From a virus: a stretch of 36,855 nucleotides of DNA. The notes beneath the pieces are model-generated. The model was not told the origin of the DNA. It did not search any database and worked only from the letters and a program-made list of their open reading frames with translations. This document shows, piece by piece, positions 16,308 through 24,334 of the stretch; position 1 is the first letter of the stretch, and each line of letters starts with the position of its first letter. The stretch lies in IMG/VR virus record IMGVR_UViG_3300000053_000003, positions 1 to 36,855 of that record; one strand, written 5' to 3'. Both the position numbers and the translations under genes were made by a program.

Positions 16308-17624
16308 TTACATGCCGGCACCCCAGGTGACGCTGGTACCGATGGCGATCGACTCGATATGGCGCGGGCCGAAGTCGTGCTTGCTGATCACGCGGATCAG
16401 TGTCTGGTCGCGCTGGAAGGCGCTAACCACGTTGCCTTCGCCGTCCTTGTAGGAGGCCTCGGTGCTGATGGCGATGGCCAGCTGCTCGACCTCGCCGATG
16501 TAGCAGTCGGCGAAGTTGACGAAGTAGATTTCGGACTCGTTGCCGCCCGCGCCCAGGTTGGTCGGGATCTGGGTAGTGAGTGCCCACTTGTAGCCCTTGA
16601 GCAGGCCGGCATCGATCTCCGGATAGGCCTTGTTGCCGTTGCCATCTCGCAGGCTCTGCAGCCAGCGAATGGTGCGCGGGTGCATCAGCCAGCCACAGGC
16701 AGCCAGGTCGACGTTTGCCACCTCCAGGCGCAGCATCAGGCCGCCGAGGAAGGTATCGACGTCAGCCAGGGTGACACCGGCCGGCGCAGCGATGATGTGC
16801 CCAGCCGGCGCCCAGTTGCGCAGGCCCTTGGGTAGCGGGTCGACGCCCGAGCCACGGATGAAGTGCAGGTCCTCGGAGAGGCCCATGCTGGTGGCCAGGT
16901 CACTGCTGACCAGCGCATCGACGCGCGGGTTGACGCCGGAGAAGGCCAGCAGGTCGTTGGAGATCGGCACGATGGCAGCCGCCTTCTTGGCCGACAGCTT
17001 GAGGTCGGCGAAGGTCATCTCGGTCAGCGGGATATCCTGCTCGGTACCGATGTAGCTGACCGAGGTATTGCCGTTGATACGCGGCAGGGTCATGTTGCCG
17101 TTGTTCAGCGGCAGGCTGACCGCCCCCATGCGACGAACCACCGACTTCGGACGCAGCGACTCGATGACGCCGGAGCTGAAATTCTCCGGCACCAGCACAC
17201 CGCCGGCACCAGCGGTCACGGTGGACAGCGCCATGTGCACGTCGGCGCCGAAACCGTTCACCTTGGCCAGCTCGGCGGCCTGCTGCTGATTGCCCTGCGC
17301 TTGCACGAGCAGGCGCACCATCTGCGCCATTGCCACATCGGGCTTGGTCGGCTGGTTGTACGGGCCTTCTACACGGCTGCCCGGCGGGCTGTTAATGCCC
17401 TGAGCGCTTTCGTTCACCGGTACGGCGGCGGAAGCGGCAGCACGCTCCGCGCTTTCGGCACGGCTGATCTTGTCGGACAGGGTGTTGATCTGTGCTTCGA
17501 GCTCGCCGAACTTGGCCAGCTGCTCGGCATTGAGGCTGGTACCGTCAGCCTCGAGTTTGGCCAACGCTTGCAGCTCGGTGTTGAGCTGGGCGCGTTCGCT
17601 TCGCAGTTGAAGTACTTTGGACAT
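16308..17624 (-). CDS. Major capsid protein, HK97 family, with an N-terminal coiled-coil delta domain
   Basis: Start set at the ATG at 17624 (AGGAGA RBS). A coiled-coil N-terminal region of about 100 aa is followed by a typical HK97-fold sequence. Located after the protease gene. Confidence 0.85.
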   Translation of the reverse strand: MSKVLQLRSERAQLNTELQALAKLEADGTSLNAEQLAKFGELEAQINTLSDKISRAESAERAAASAAVPVNESAQGINSPPGSRVEGPYNQPTKPDVAMAQMVRLLVQAQGNQQQAAELAKVNGFGADVHMALSTVTAGAGGVLVPENFSSGVIESLRPKSVVRRMGAVSLPLNNGNMTLPRINGNTSVSYIGTEQDIPLTEMTFADLKLSAKKAAAIVPISNDLLAFSGVNPRVDALVSSDLATSMGLSEDLHFIRGSGVDPLPKGLRNWAPAGHIIAAPAGVTLADVDTFLGGLMLRLEVANVDLAACGWLMHPRTIRWLQSLRDGNGNKAYPEIDAGLLKGYKWALTTQIPTNLGAGGNESEIYFVNFADCYIGEVEQLAIAISTEASYKDGEGNVVSAFQRDQTLIRVISKHDFGPRHIESIAIGTSVTWGAGM

Positions 17625-17643
17625 CGGGTGTCTCCTGGGCATG

Positions 17644-17666
17644 AAAAAGCCCGCACTGGGCGGGCT
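17644..17666 (-). terminator. Terminator-like hairpin between the protease and capsid genes
   Basis: On the minus strand: AGCCCGC-ccagt-GCGGGCT followed by TTTTT, then an RBS and the capsid ATG. Confidence 0.55.
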
Positions 17667-17689
17667 CGGGTTAGCTGCCGCGAACGCGG

Positions 17690-18637
17690 TCAGAATCGGG
17701 TTTGCAAGTCGGCTGCGGCGGCGCGCATGCCAATCCGCGTCGGGCTGCGCTGGGCTCGCGCCTGGGCGATGGCCTGGGATATCTCATCCACGGCCTGCTG
17801 CGGGCTTTGCAGCCGATCGGCTAGCCCCGCCGCGATGCCAGCCTTGCCACGGTAGAGGCCTGCCTGGGTGTCGATGACTTGCTGCACGGACAGCCCCCGG
17901 TACTCAGCCACGGCGTTGACGAACAGCTGATAGCTCTCCTGCACCAGGTCGTTCAGCACCTTCAGCGACTGGTCGCTGATCGGCTCATGCGGCGTCAGGT
18001 CGTTCTTGTGCGAGCCGGCGTAGACGGTGGTCACCTTCACGCCGAGCTTTTCGTTCATCTGGCTGCGGTCGTAGTGGCTGGCGATGACGCCAATTGAGCC
18101 GACCCCACTGGTCTGGCTGACGACGATCTCGCTGCAGGCCGCCGCGATGATGTAGCCGCCGCTGTAGCCGCTGAAGTTGATCACCCCGGTGATCGGCTTT
18201 TGCTGGGCCATGGCACGAATGTCCGCAGCCAGCTCGAAGGCACCGGTAGCGGCGCCACCCGGGCTGTCGATGTCCAGCACGATGTGCTCGACCATCGGAT
18301 CAGCGACCGCGGCGCGAAGCTGCTGGCGAAGCCCTTCGTAGCTGGTCATGGTTTCGCAGGGCTGCAGGTGCGCTCCGCGGCTGACCAGCACACCGTGCAC
18401 GTCGATGACCTGAATGCCGGTGCGCGCGATGGTCTGCCGCCGGCTTTCCTCGGCCACCGCCAGGCGGTCGCTGTGGCCTTCGTCCTCGATCATCCGGGCG
18501 CCGTCACTGGCACCGATGTTGACGATGTTCAGGCTCATCGCCTGGTTGGCCCAGCGCACGCCCAGTTCGAGCATGTCCGGGGTAATCAGCAGCGGCTGGT
18601 TGAAGAGCAGGCTGGCTGCTCTGAGATAGGCTTTCAT
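17690..18637 (-). CDS. Head maturation protease, S49 (SppA/ClpP-like) family
   Basis: Blocks VLDIDSPGGAATGA and YSGGYIIAAACSEI are typical of S49 peptidases. Located between the portal and capsid genes. Confidence 0.85.
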   Translation of the reverse strand: MKAYLRAASLLFNQPLLITPDMLELGVRWANQAMSLNIVNIGASDGARMIEDEGHSDRLAVAEESRRQTIARTGIQVIDVHGVLVSRGAHLQPCETMTSYEGLRQQLRAAVADPMVEHIVLDIDSPGGAATGAFELAADIRAMAQQKPITGVINFSGYSGGYIIAAACSEIVVSQTSGVGSIGVIASHYDRSQMNEKLGVKVTTVYAGSHKNDLTPHEPISDQSLKVLNDLVQESYQLFVNAVAEYRGLSVQQVIDTQAGLYRGKAGIAAGLADRLQSPQQAVDEISQAIAQARAQRSPTRIGMRAAAADLQTRF

Positions 18638-19905
18638 TGCGCCAGGATCCTCTCGATTTCAGCGTGCTGCAGTTCGAGCTGCGCGCGGACGTTGGGGTTG
18701 TTCAGGTCGGGCATGCCCTTGCCGGCATCGACCATGTTCAGCGGCTGCAGGTACACATCGCCGCCGGCAACCGGGGGCATGTTCTCCAGTCGCCGAATGT
18801 CATTGACGCTCAGCCAGCCCCATTGACGGCCAATGGCGTACGACTCGTAGCGGCTCTTCTGGTCGCCGCGCAGCAGGCCGGACAGGTTGAACTCAATGAA
18901 GTGGTCGCGCCGGTCCTTGGGCAGCAGGAAGTCACGCATCATCGATTGCTCGTGACGCTTGACCCACGGAAGCAACGCGAAAACTACGAACTGGATCAGC
19001 AGCTGTTCCAGCGTGTTGTAGTTCGACTTCTCCAGATCGTTGACCATCGGCAGCGGGATCTTGTAGATCCGCGCTACGTCGGTGCCGCTGAGCTTGAGGA
19101 TATTGACGATGTCGGCATCGACGTGGCTCATGCTGATCGGCTTGAAGGCCATGCCTTCCTGCAGCAGCGCGACCTTCTTGGCGTTGTCCATGCCGCCGTA
19201 CTTGTCACCCCACTGATCCAGAATGCGATCGATGCTCGCCTGATCCTTGATCGGCGGCGCTTCGCGGGGCCGCTCGATGACGCCGGAAACCGCCGCACCA
19301 TTGGCGAAGCTCTTGCCGGTGTACTGGCGTACCGCCTGCGCCAGCCCCACCGCTTCGGCGTGCAGCTCGATGGGCGACAGCCCGGTGTAGTGGTTGACCG
19401 TGTGCCAGCGCACATGGTGAACCATGCGCATCGGCAGCCGCTCCGGATGGTTGCCCACCTGGTAGCAGGGCAGCATGTCGCCGCCCTTGTAGGTGATCAC
19501 CTTACTGGTATCCAGGGGCCAGAGCGCAGCCACGTTGCCGTCGTCGCGCCGTTCGATCAGCTGGAAGCCGTTGCCGCGCAGGCCAGCGGAGAGCTGGGTG
19601 CACTCGCGCAGTTCGTACGGCGTTTGAAAGCCGTTGGGCTGGTAGCGCAGCACGTCGTACAGCGGATGGTTGATGGCCGCGTCGCGTTGGCCCTGCCCTT
19701 GCCGACGGTACAGCTCGAGCGGCAACTGGCCGATGGATTCGGCCAGCAGCGTGACGCAGTTCTGCAGCACCGGGATGCCCAGCGCCGTTTCCGGCGTGAC
19801 GACCATCCCGCTGCTGTTCTTGCCGCGGCCAATGAGCCCGCGCCACCAGTCGTTGCTTTCGGTGACGCTGCCGCGCGTGTCGCCGAGAAGGCTGGAAAAG
19901 AACAT
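18634..19905 (-). CDS. Portal protein (HK97-type)
   Basis: Start set at the ATG at 19905 (AAGGGGG RBS). 423 aa. Located after TerL. Sequence resembles portal proteins. Confidence 0.85.
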   Translation of the reverse strand: MFFSSLLGDTRGSVTESNDWWRGLIGRGKNSSGMVVTPETALGIPVLQNCVTLLAESIGQLPLELYRRQGQGQRDAAINHPLYDVLRYQPNGFQTPYELRECTQLSAGLRGNGFQLIERRDDGNVAALWPLDTSKVITYKGGDMLPCYQVGNHPERLPMRMVHHVRWHTVNHYTGLSPIELHAEAVGLAQAVRQYTGKSFANGAAVSGVIERPREAPPIKDQASIDRILDQWGDKYGGMDNAKKVALLQEGMAFKPISMSHVDADIVNILKLSGTDVARIYKIPLPMVNDLEKSNYNTLEQLLIQFVVFALLPWVKRHEQSMMRDFLLPKDRRDHFIEFNLSGLLRGDQKSRYESYAIGRQWGWLSVNDIRRLENMPPVAGGDVYLQPLNMVDAGKGMPDLNNPNVRAQLELQHAEIERILAQ

Positions 19906-19906
19906 G

Positions 19907-20080
19907 TCAGCCCCCTTTTGCGTTGAGTTTGGCGGCAGCGCGGTCGGCCAGATAGGACCAGCCGAGCAGCCCACCACCGGCCACCATCAGCGCGGCGGGA
20001 ATGTTGAGCAGGGCGACACCCGCCACCAGCAGGCCGAACCCAGCCAGCCCGGCCAGCCAGGAAAGCACCATCAGTTTCAT
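19907..20080 (-). CDS. Small two-TM membrane protein between TerL and portal, missing from the ORF track
   Basis: Hand translation gives MKLMVLSWLAGLAGFGLLVAGVALLNIPAALMVAGGGLLGWSYLADRAAAKLNAKGG (57 aa). ATGA overlap with the TerL stop; its own stop lies 1 nt before the portal ATG. Confidence 0.55.
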   Translation of the reverse strand: MKLMVLSWLAGLAGFGLLVAGVALLNIPAALMVAGGGLLGWSYLADRAAAKLNAKGG

Positions 20081-21915
20081 ATGCCCGTGCCTTCTTCGTA
20101 GATTGAGGTGCCGCTGCTCACGCTGCCGGCGCCGCTGATGCCGGTCGCCATGATCGCGGCGACGATGCCATCGATACGGCCGATCGCCTTTTGCTTGTCC
20201 ACTTTGCGGTTGCCGGCCGGGTCCGACACGGTGATGGCGTTGCCCGCGTTCCAGGTCAGCACCGGGTTGCCGTCATGCCGCAGCGTTTCGACTTCCGCCG
20301 CCTCGCGCGGTACCAGTTGGTAGTCGCCGGGGTCGAGGTCGAGCACGTCAGGTTCCGCAACGGTACCCAGCAGGCGCCGCTCGAACTCATCCACCGCAGG
20401 CCCCATGTCCTTGAAGCCCTGGCCGAACGGGGTCAGCTCGGGGAGCGTGATGCCGTGTTCGTTCATCAGCTCGCGCAGGTCTTCGATGCGCCAGCGGTCG
20501 TAAGCGATCTGGTGCACCTCGAAGTAGTCGCAAATCGTCTGCAGCCGGCGCAGCACATGCAGCTTGCTGATGGCCTTGCCCGGCGTGGTTTCGAGATGGC
20601 CTTCCTTGATCCAGACGCTGTAGGGCACCTTGTCGCGGCGCTCCCGCTCCTCGAGCTGATGGTCCGGAATCCAGAAGTACGGCAGCAGCCGCCAGTGCGG
20701 GTCGGCTTCGGTCGGGTAGAACAGCAACGCGAACGCCGTAAGGTCGGTGGTACTCGACAGGTCGAGCCCAGCCACCGCAGGGCGGTTGCGCAGCAGGCGC
20801 ATGGGCACGCGCTCTTCAGCGGCGCTCCAAACGTCCCAGCCGATCCAGGGGTTGTCCGCCTGGGTCCACTGGCAGAAGTTCAGACGGCGCACGACCGCCT
20901 CTTTCGCCGGAAGGCCTCGCGCTTCGGCCACCTGTTCGCGCAGGTACTTGCGGCCGGGAATGCCCTCGGTTTGCCGCTCCGGATCCGCCACGAAGTCCAG
21001 CGAGGGGTTCACCTTCGCCCAGCAGCTCTCATCGGTGAACGGGTCGTCGCCTTCGTCCAGGGAGCAGATGAAGGCGAACAGGCTGTCGTTGTCCTCGATG
21101 CCGGCGCAGATGCGCTTGCCCAGCTCGTGGTACTGACCGCAGACGCTGTTCTTGTCGCTGCCGCTGTTGGTGATCATGACGATCATGGCGCGGCGGCGGT
21201 TCTTCGTGCCGGCGCGCATCATGTTTACGGCGGTGGCGCTCTTGTGCTCGTGCAGCTCGTCCAGCAGGCCGATGTGCGGACGCGGGCCGGACTGACCATC
21301 GTCCGAGCTGATCGGCCGGAAGAAGCTATTGGTGCTCGGGTAGAACAGGTTCCAGACCTTCTCGTCCCGGCCCGATTGCACCAGCCTGCGCACCAGCGCG
21401 GGCGACATGTTGACCATGCTCACCGCATCGCGGAACAGGATCATCGCCTGGTCGCGCTTGGTGGCGGCTGCGTAGATCTCGGCGCGCTGCTCATCGTCGG
21501 CAACCAGGCCGTAAAGGCCGATGCCACCCACCAGCGGCGACTTGCCGGAGCCCTTGCCCGTCTCGATGTAGGCCATCCGGAAGCGGCGGTAGCCGTCGAC
21601 GGTGTACCAGCCGAACAGGCTGCCGACCACGAAGGCCTGCCAGGGCGCCAGCACGAAGGGCTCGCCCTCGTACTCGCCGCCGTTCAGGCAGAGCACTTCC
21701 TCGAAGAAGCCGAGCGCCTTGTCAGCCGCGGCCTGATCCCAGACCAGCCCGCGCAGTTCGGCGGTATCGCGGTCGCGCAGGTGGCGCTTGCAGGCGTTAC
21801 GCACGTCAGGGCCTGCGACCAGCTCACCGGCCAGCACCGCCTGGGCGAATGCGGTTACGCGGTCAACTGAAGTACTTGGCGGCAGCGTCTCGTTGTTCAT
21901 TGGGGAATAGCTCAC
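20077..21915 (-). CDS. terL: Terminase large subunit
   Basis: 612 aa. Walker A-like GKGSGKS. Sequence resembles the Terminase_1 family. The start could instead be the internal ATG at 21900. Confidence 0.9.
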   Translation of the reverse strand: MSYSPMNNETLPPSTSVDRVTAFAQAVLAGELVAGPDVRNACKRHLRDRDTAELRGLVWDQAAADKALGFFEEVLCLNGGEYEGEPFVLAPWQAFVVGSLFGWYTVDGYRRFRMAYIETGKGSGKSPLVGGIGLYGLVADDEQRAEIYAAATKRDQAMILFRDAVSMVNMSPALVRRLVQSGRDEKVWNLFYPSTNSFFRPISSDDGQSGPRPHIGLLDELHEHKSATAVNMMRAGTKNRRRAMIVMITNSGSDKNSVCGQYHELGKRICAGIEDNDSLFAFICSLDEGDDPFTDESCWAKVNPSLDFVADPERQTEGIPGRKYLREQVAEARGLPAKEAVVRRLNFCQWTQADNPWIGWDVWSAAEERVPMRLLRNRPAVAGLDLSSTTDLTAFALLFYPTEADPHWRLLPYFWIPDHQLEERERRDKVPYSVWIKEGHLETTPGKAISKLHVLRRLQTICDYFEVHQIAYDRWRIEDLRELMNEHGITLPELTPFGQGFKDMGPAVDEFERRLLGTVAEPDVLDLDPGDYQLVPREAAEVETLRHDGNPVLTWNAGNAITVSDPAGNRKVDKQKAIGRIDGIVAAIMATGISGAGSVSSGTSIYEEGTGI

Positions 21916-22387
21916 CTTGCGGGGCCGCCGCCTTCATGTTGCGGCGGGCCATCGGCGAGAAACCAAACAGGGCACCGGCTGCGTTCGCTCGCTTTTCGGC
22001 GTCGTTGGCCAGCTGCCGCCACACGCTGATCTGCTTGGCGCCAGTGGCGAATGTCTGGATGTCGCCACTGCATTCGGCCTTGGCGTTGTGCTCGGCGATC
22101 AGCCGGCGGAAGCGCTGCCAGTCCGCTACCGCTTCGCAGTAGGTGGCCAGCGCCATCATGTCCAACTTGCTGATCCAGCCGAGGGTAAGCAGGTCCGCAA
22201 CCACGCGATCCCACTCGGCCGCAGCCTCGGCGCTCAGCCAGTCAGGCTTCGGCGGTGCGTCGACCGGCACAGCCGGTTCCAGCACCTCGGCCAGCAACTG
22301 GTCGGCGTTCTTTTTGCTCGGGTTACCCTGCAGCAGGTGCAGGTGCGCCGGCTTGCCCGGGCGTCCCGAGTTACTGTTTCCGGCCAT
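21863..22387 (-). CDS. terS: Terminase small subunit, P27 family
   Basis: N-terminus GRPGKP...L.GNPSK, later GFSPMARRNM. Located upstream of TerL. Confidence 0.8.
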   Translation of the reverse strand: MAGNSNSGRPGKPAHLHLLQGNPSKKNADQLLAEVLEPAVPVDAPPKPDWLSAEAAAEWDRVVADLLTLGWISKLDMMALATYCEAVADWQRFRRLIAEHNAKAECSGDIQTFATGAKQISVWRQLANDAEKRANAAGALFGFSPMARRNMKAAAPQGELFPNEQRDAAAKYFS

Positions 22388-22504
22388 AAATAACCTCTGA
22401 TGCGCTTAGTTTTCCGGATACCCCCCCTCTCCATTTTTCCCGCCGTTGCACACGGTGATGGGGGACTGGTCTAGAGCGGGTCGCCGGCTGAATTTTTCAC
22501 CCCC
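22388..22504. other. Probable cos / packaging-recognition region
   Basis: 117-bp noncoding gap between the HNH and terS genes. It contains two C-run plus T-run elements: CCCCCCCTCTCCATTTTTCC at 22421-22440 and AATTTTTCACCCCCCTACCC at 22491-22510. Confidence 0.4.
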
Positions 22505-22879
22505 CTACCCTGTGCGGTGCCAGTGGTGGCGCGGGTCGAGCGGGCGGCCATCGGTGCCGCACCCTGGCTGACGCCCCGACTTCTCGAAGCGCTGCTTGTC
22601 CGAGCTGTGGCAGTTGGTGCACAGCGACTGCCAGTTATCCCGCGACCAGAACAACTTCCAGGCAGCCGCAATGCGCTCGGGGTCACCGCTCGCCTTCGCT
22701 TCCTTCAGCCGGGGCGGCGTCTTGTGGTCGACCACCTGCGCCAGCACCGGGCGGGCTGCGCTACTGCACCCCCCGCAAAACGGGTTGCGCCTCAGGTGAT
22801 CTTCACGGGCAAGCTGCCACCGGTAGCCATACCCGCGTGATGCAGCCGTGCCTCGCCGGTCATCCCTGCCGCTCGACAT
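22505..22879 (-). CDS. HNH endonuclease (terminase-associated)
   Basis: Start set at the ATG at 22879 (GGGAG RBS). Motifs RGYGYRWQ, C..C, VDH, N.Q.LC..CH..K. Confidence 0.8.
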   Translation of the reverse strand: MSSGRDDRRGTAASRGYGYRWQLAREDHLRRNPFCGGCSSAARPVLAQVVDHKTPPRLKEAKASGDPERIAAAWKLFWSRDNWQSLCTNCHSSDKQRFEKSGRQPGCGTDGRPLDPRHHWHRTG

Positions 22880-23198
22880 TGCAGACTCCCGCCTTTTTGG
22901 CCAGGTAGCGCGCATAGATGCCACCGGCGATGTCTGCACCGATCAGGCCCACGGCGATGCCCATCGCGCCGGCCAGCAGATAGTCCTGCTTGAGCCAGTA
23001 GACGAACATCAGCATCGATACACCGAACAGCGCCGAGCTGCCGAAGCGCAGCAGCACCCGCTTGACCAGCACCCCGACAGCCACACCAGCAGCCTCGGCG
23101 CGCCACATCTCGCCGGTCAGCCCAGCAAGCGCGACAAGGATCAGCATCCACGCCGGCAGGTCTGCCAGCGACTGCTGCATCTGCTGTTCGGTCGACAT
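22860..23198 (-). CDS. Putative holin (three TM segments, charged C-terminus)
   Basis: Start set at the ATG at 23198 (AGGAG RBS). 112 aa with three hydrophobic helices and the tail YLAKKAG..ERQG. It is the first gene after the late terminators. Confidence 0.5.
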   Translation of the reverse strand: MSTEQQMQQSLADLPAWMLILVALAGLTGEMWRAEAAGVAVGVLVKRVLLRFGSSALFGVSMLMFVYWLKQDYLLAGAMGIAVGLIGADIAGGIYARYLAKKAGVCNVERQG

Positions 23199-23222
23199 GC
23201 ACCGCACTCCTGAACTGCGAAT

Positions 23223-23246
23223 AAAAAAGCCCGCATGGCGACGGGC
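23223..23246 (-). terminator. Late-leader terminator 2
   Basis: On the minus strand: GCCCG-tcgccatg-CGGGC followed by TTTTTT. Confidence 0.65.
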
Positions 23247-23270
23247 AAGGGCGATGGCGGCGCCATCAGC

Positions 23271-23304
23271 CAGAAAAGACAAAGCCCCGCACGATGGCGG
23301 GGCT
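23271..23304 (-). terminator. Late-leader terminator 1
   Basis: On the minus strand: AGCCCCGC-catcgt-GCGGGGCT followed by TTGTCTTTTCT. Confidence 0.65.
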
Positions 23305-23446
23305 TTGAGAGGTGACCGGCAGGGGAACCGGCCTTTGCCTGACACAGCAAGTTAGGCTCGTTTCGGTCATCGCCTTGGCGCTGCTCTGACCTGTTATGCG
23401 CTTTGTACCCCCCGACTGCGGCGGCGTAAACGGTGAGTTAACGCCA

Positions 23447-23501
23447 CCCGGCAATGTTCCGGTTATCTACTGCTTATCTGCCGGTTATCTCCCGCCAATG
23501 T
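23447..23501. promoter_or_regulatory. Repeat cluster in the late regulatory region downstream of the Q-like gene
   Basis: TTATCT occurs three times with an exact 11-bp period (23463, 23474, 23485). These are flanked by CCCG(G/C)CAATGT at 23447-23457 and 23491-23501. Confidence 0.45.
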
Positions 23502-23512
23502 GGCGGAAGGAA

Positions 23513-24004
23513 TTAAGCCACGTAACGCCCACCATGCACGCGCTGCATCCTGCGGCGGTATTCCAGCTCTGCCCTCACCCGCTCGTGCAGCTGCTGCACC
23601 CGGTCGTGATAGGTCCGCTCCGAACCGATCTTCACCCGCCGCATTTGCTGTTTAACCGTCGGGATCGGGTCAGGCAGGTAGCGCACCATCGCCAGCTTCA
23701 CCAGCTGTGTCTCCAGGCAGAACGGCGGGCGAGTCGTGTTCCCAGCCTGCCGCCAAGCCTTCGCGAGCTTGCGGTCCTGCACCAGCCCCGCCTGCTTGAG
23801 CGTCCCGATGGCAGCATCCACCTCCTCGGCAACCTGATCGACCGCGCCCGCCAGCCCCATCGAGCCGCGACCAGAAGAGGGGATCATCCCGCCGTACTGC
23901 ATCGCCGCCGCCAGCGGTGACGAACCCGACGCACCAGGCGAACCCAGCCCGCCACGGCACCGCTCTCCCCAGTGCTGCAACAACGCCTCGACTGCCTCAA
24001 TCAC
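23513..24004 (-). CDS. Antitermination protein Q-like late regulator
   Basis: Start set at the GTG at 24004 (GGGGAGG RBS). The N-terminal LLQHWGERCRGG pattern resembles Phage_antitermQ proteins. Located directly upstream of the two terminators and the late genes. Confidence 0.55.
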   Translation of the reverse strand: MIEAVEALLQHWGERCRGGLGSPGASGSSPLAAAMQYGGMIPSSGRGSMGLAGAVDQVAEEVDAAIGTLKQAGLVQDRKLAKAWRQAGNTTRPPFCLETQLVKLAMVRYLPDPIPTVKQQMRRVKIGSERTYHDRVQQLHERVRAELEYRRRMQRVHGGRYVA

Positions 24005-24043
24005 GGCCCACCTCCCCTGCAAAACCAACCAGACACACAAACG

Positions 24044-24321
24044 CCCAACCCAACACAAACCCGACACACTCAAAACCCTTACAAATCAACGCTTTCAAAG
24101 CATCTGTGTCGGGTGTGTTGGGTTTGTTGGGTTTTTCAGCCCTCGCATAAGAAAAAAACAGCGCCGCCTTTGAAACAGCCAAACGACCCGGCGCATGCAC
24201 GCCTGCGCGCGCGTCAAACCCAACACACCCCGCACACACACCGCAAAGCCCCGCCGTTGCTAGCTCCGCGCTGTGTTGGGTCGCAAAACCAAACCCGACA
24301 CAACCCAACACACCCGACACA
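24044..24321. repeat. Iteron-like array of CCC(A/G)ACACA 9-mers (candidate replication origin)
   Basis: Direct copies at 24049, 24060, 24219, 24228 (variant), 24294, 24304 and 24313. Inverted copies at 24106, 24114, 24123 (variant) and 24272. An A-rich tract lies at 24152-24158. The region is noncoding, between the primase-helicase stop and the Q start. Confidence 0.55.
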
Positions 24322-24334
24322 CCATCGCGCGCAC

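Noticed and set aside
22879-23345. Long N-terminal extensions in the ORF track: holin-like 161 aa, HNH 144 aa, capsid 444 aa, portal 447 aa, gp10-like 174 aa, integrase 412 aa, Q-like 186 aa
   Set aside because: In each case an internal ATG or GTG is preceded by a good Shine-Dalgarno sequence or overlaps the upstream stop codon (ATGA/TAATG coupling). The extension crosses terminators or the upstream gene.
24044-24321. CRISPR-like array
   Set aside because: The repeats are only 9 bp, occur in both orientations, are partly tandem with no regular spacers, and have no cas genes nearby. Iterons or binding sites are the better explanation.
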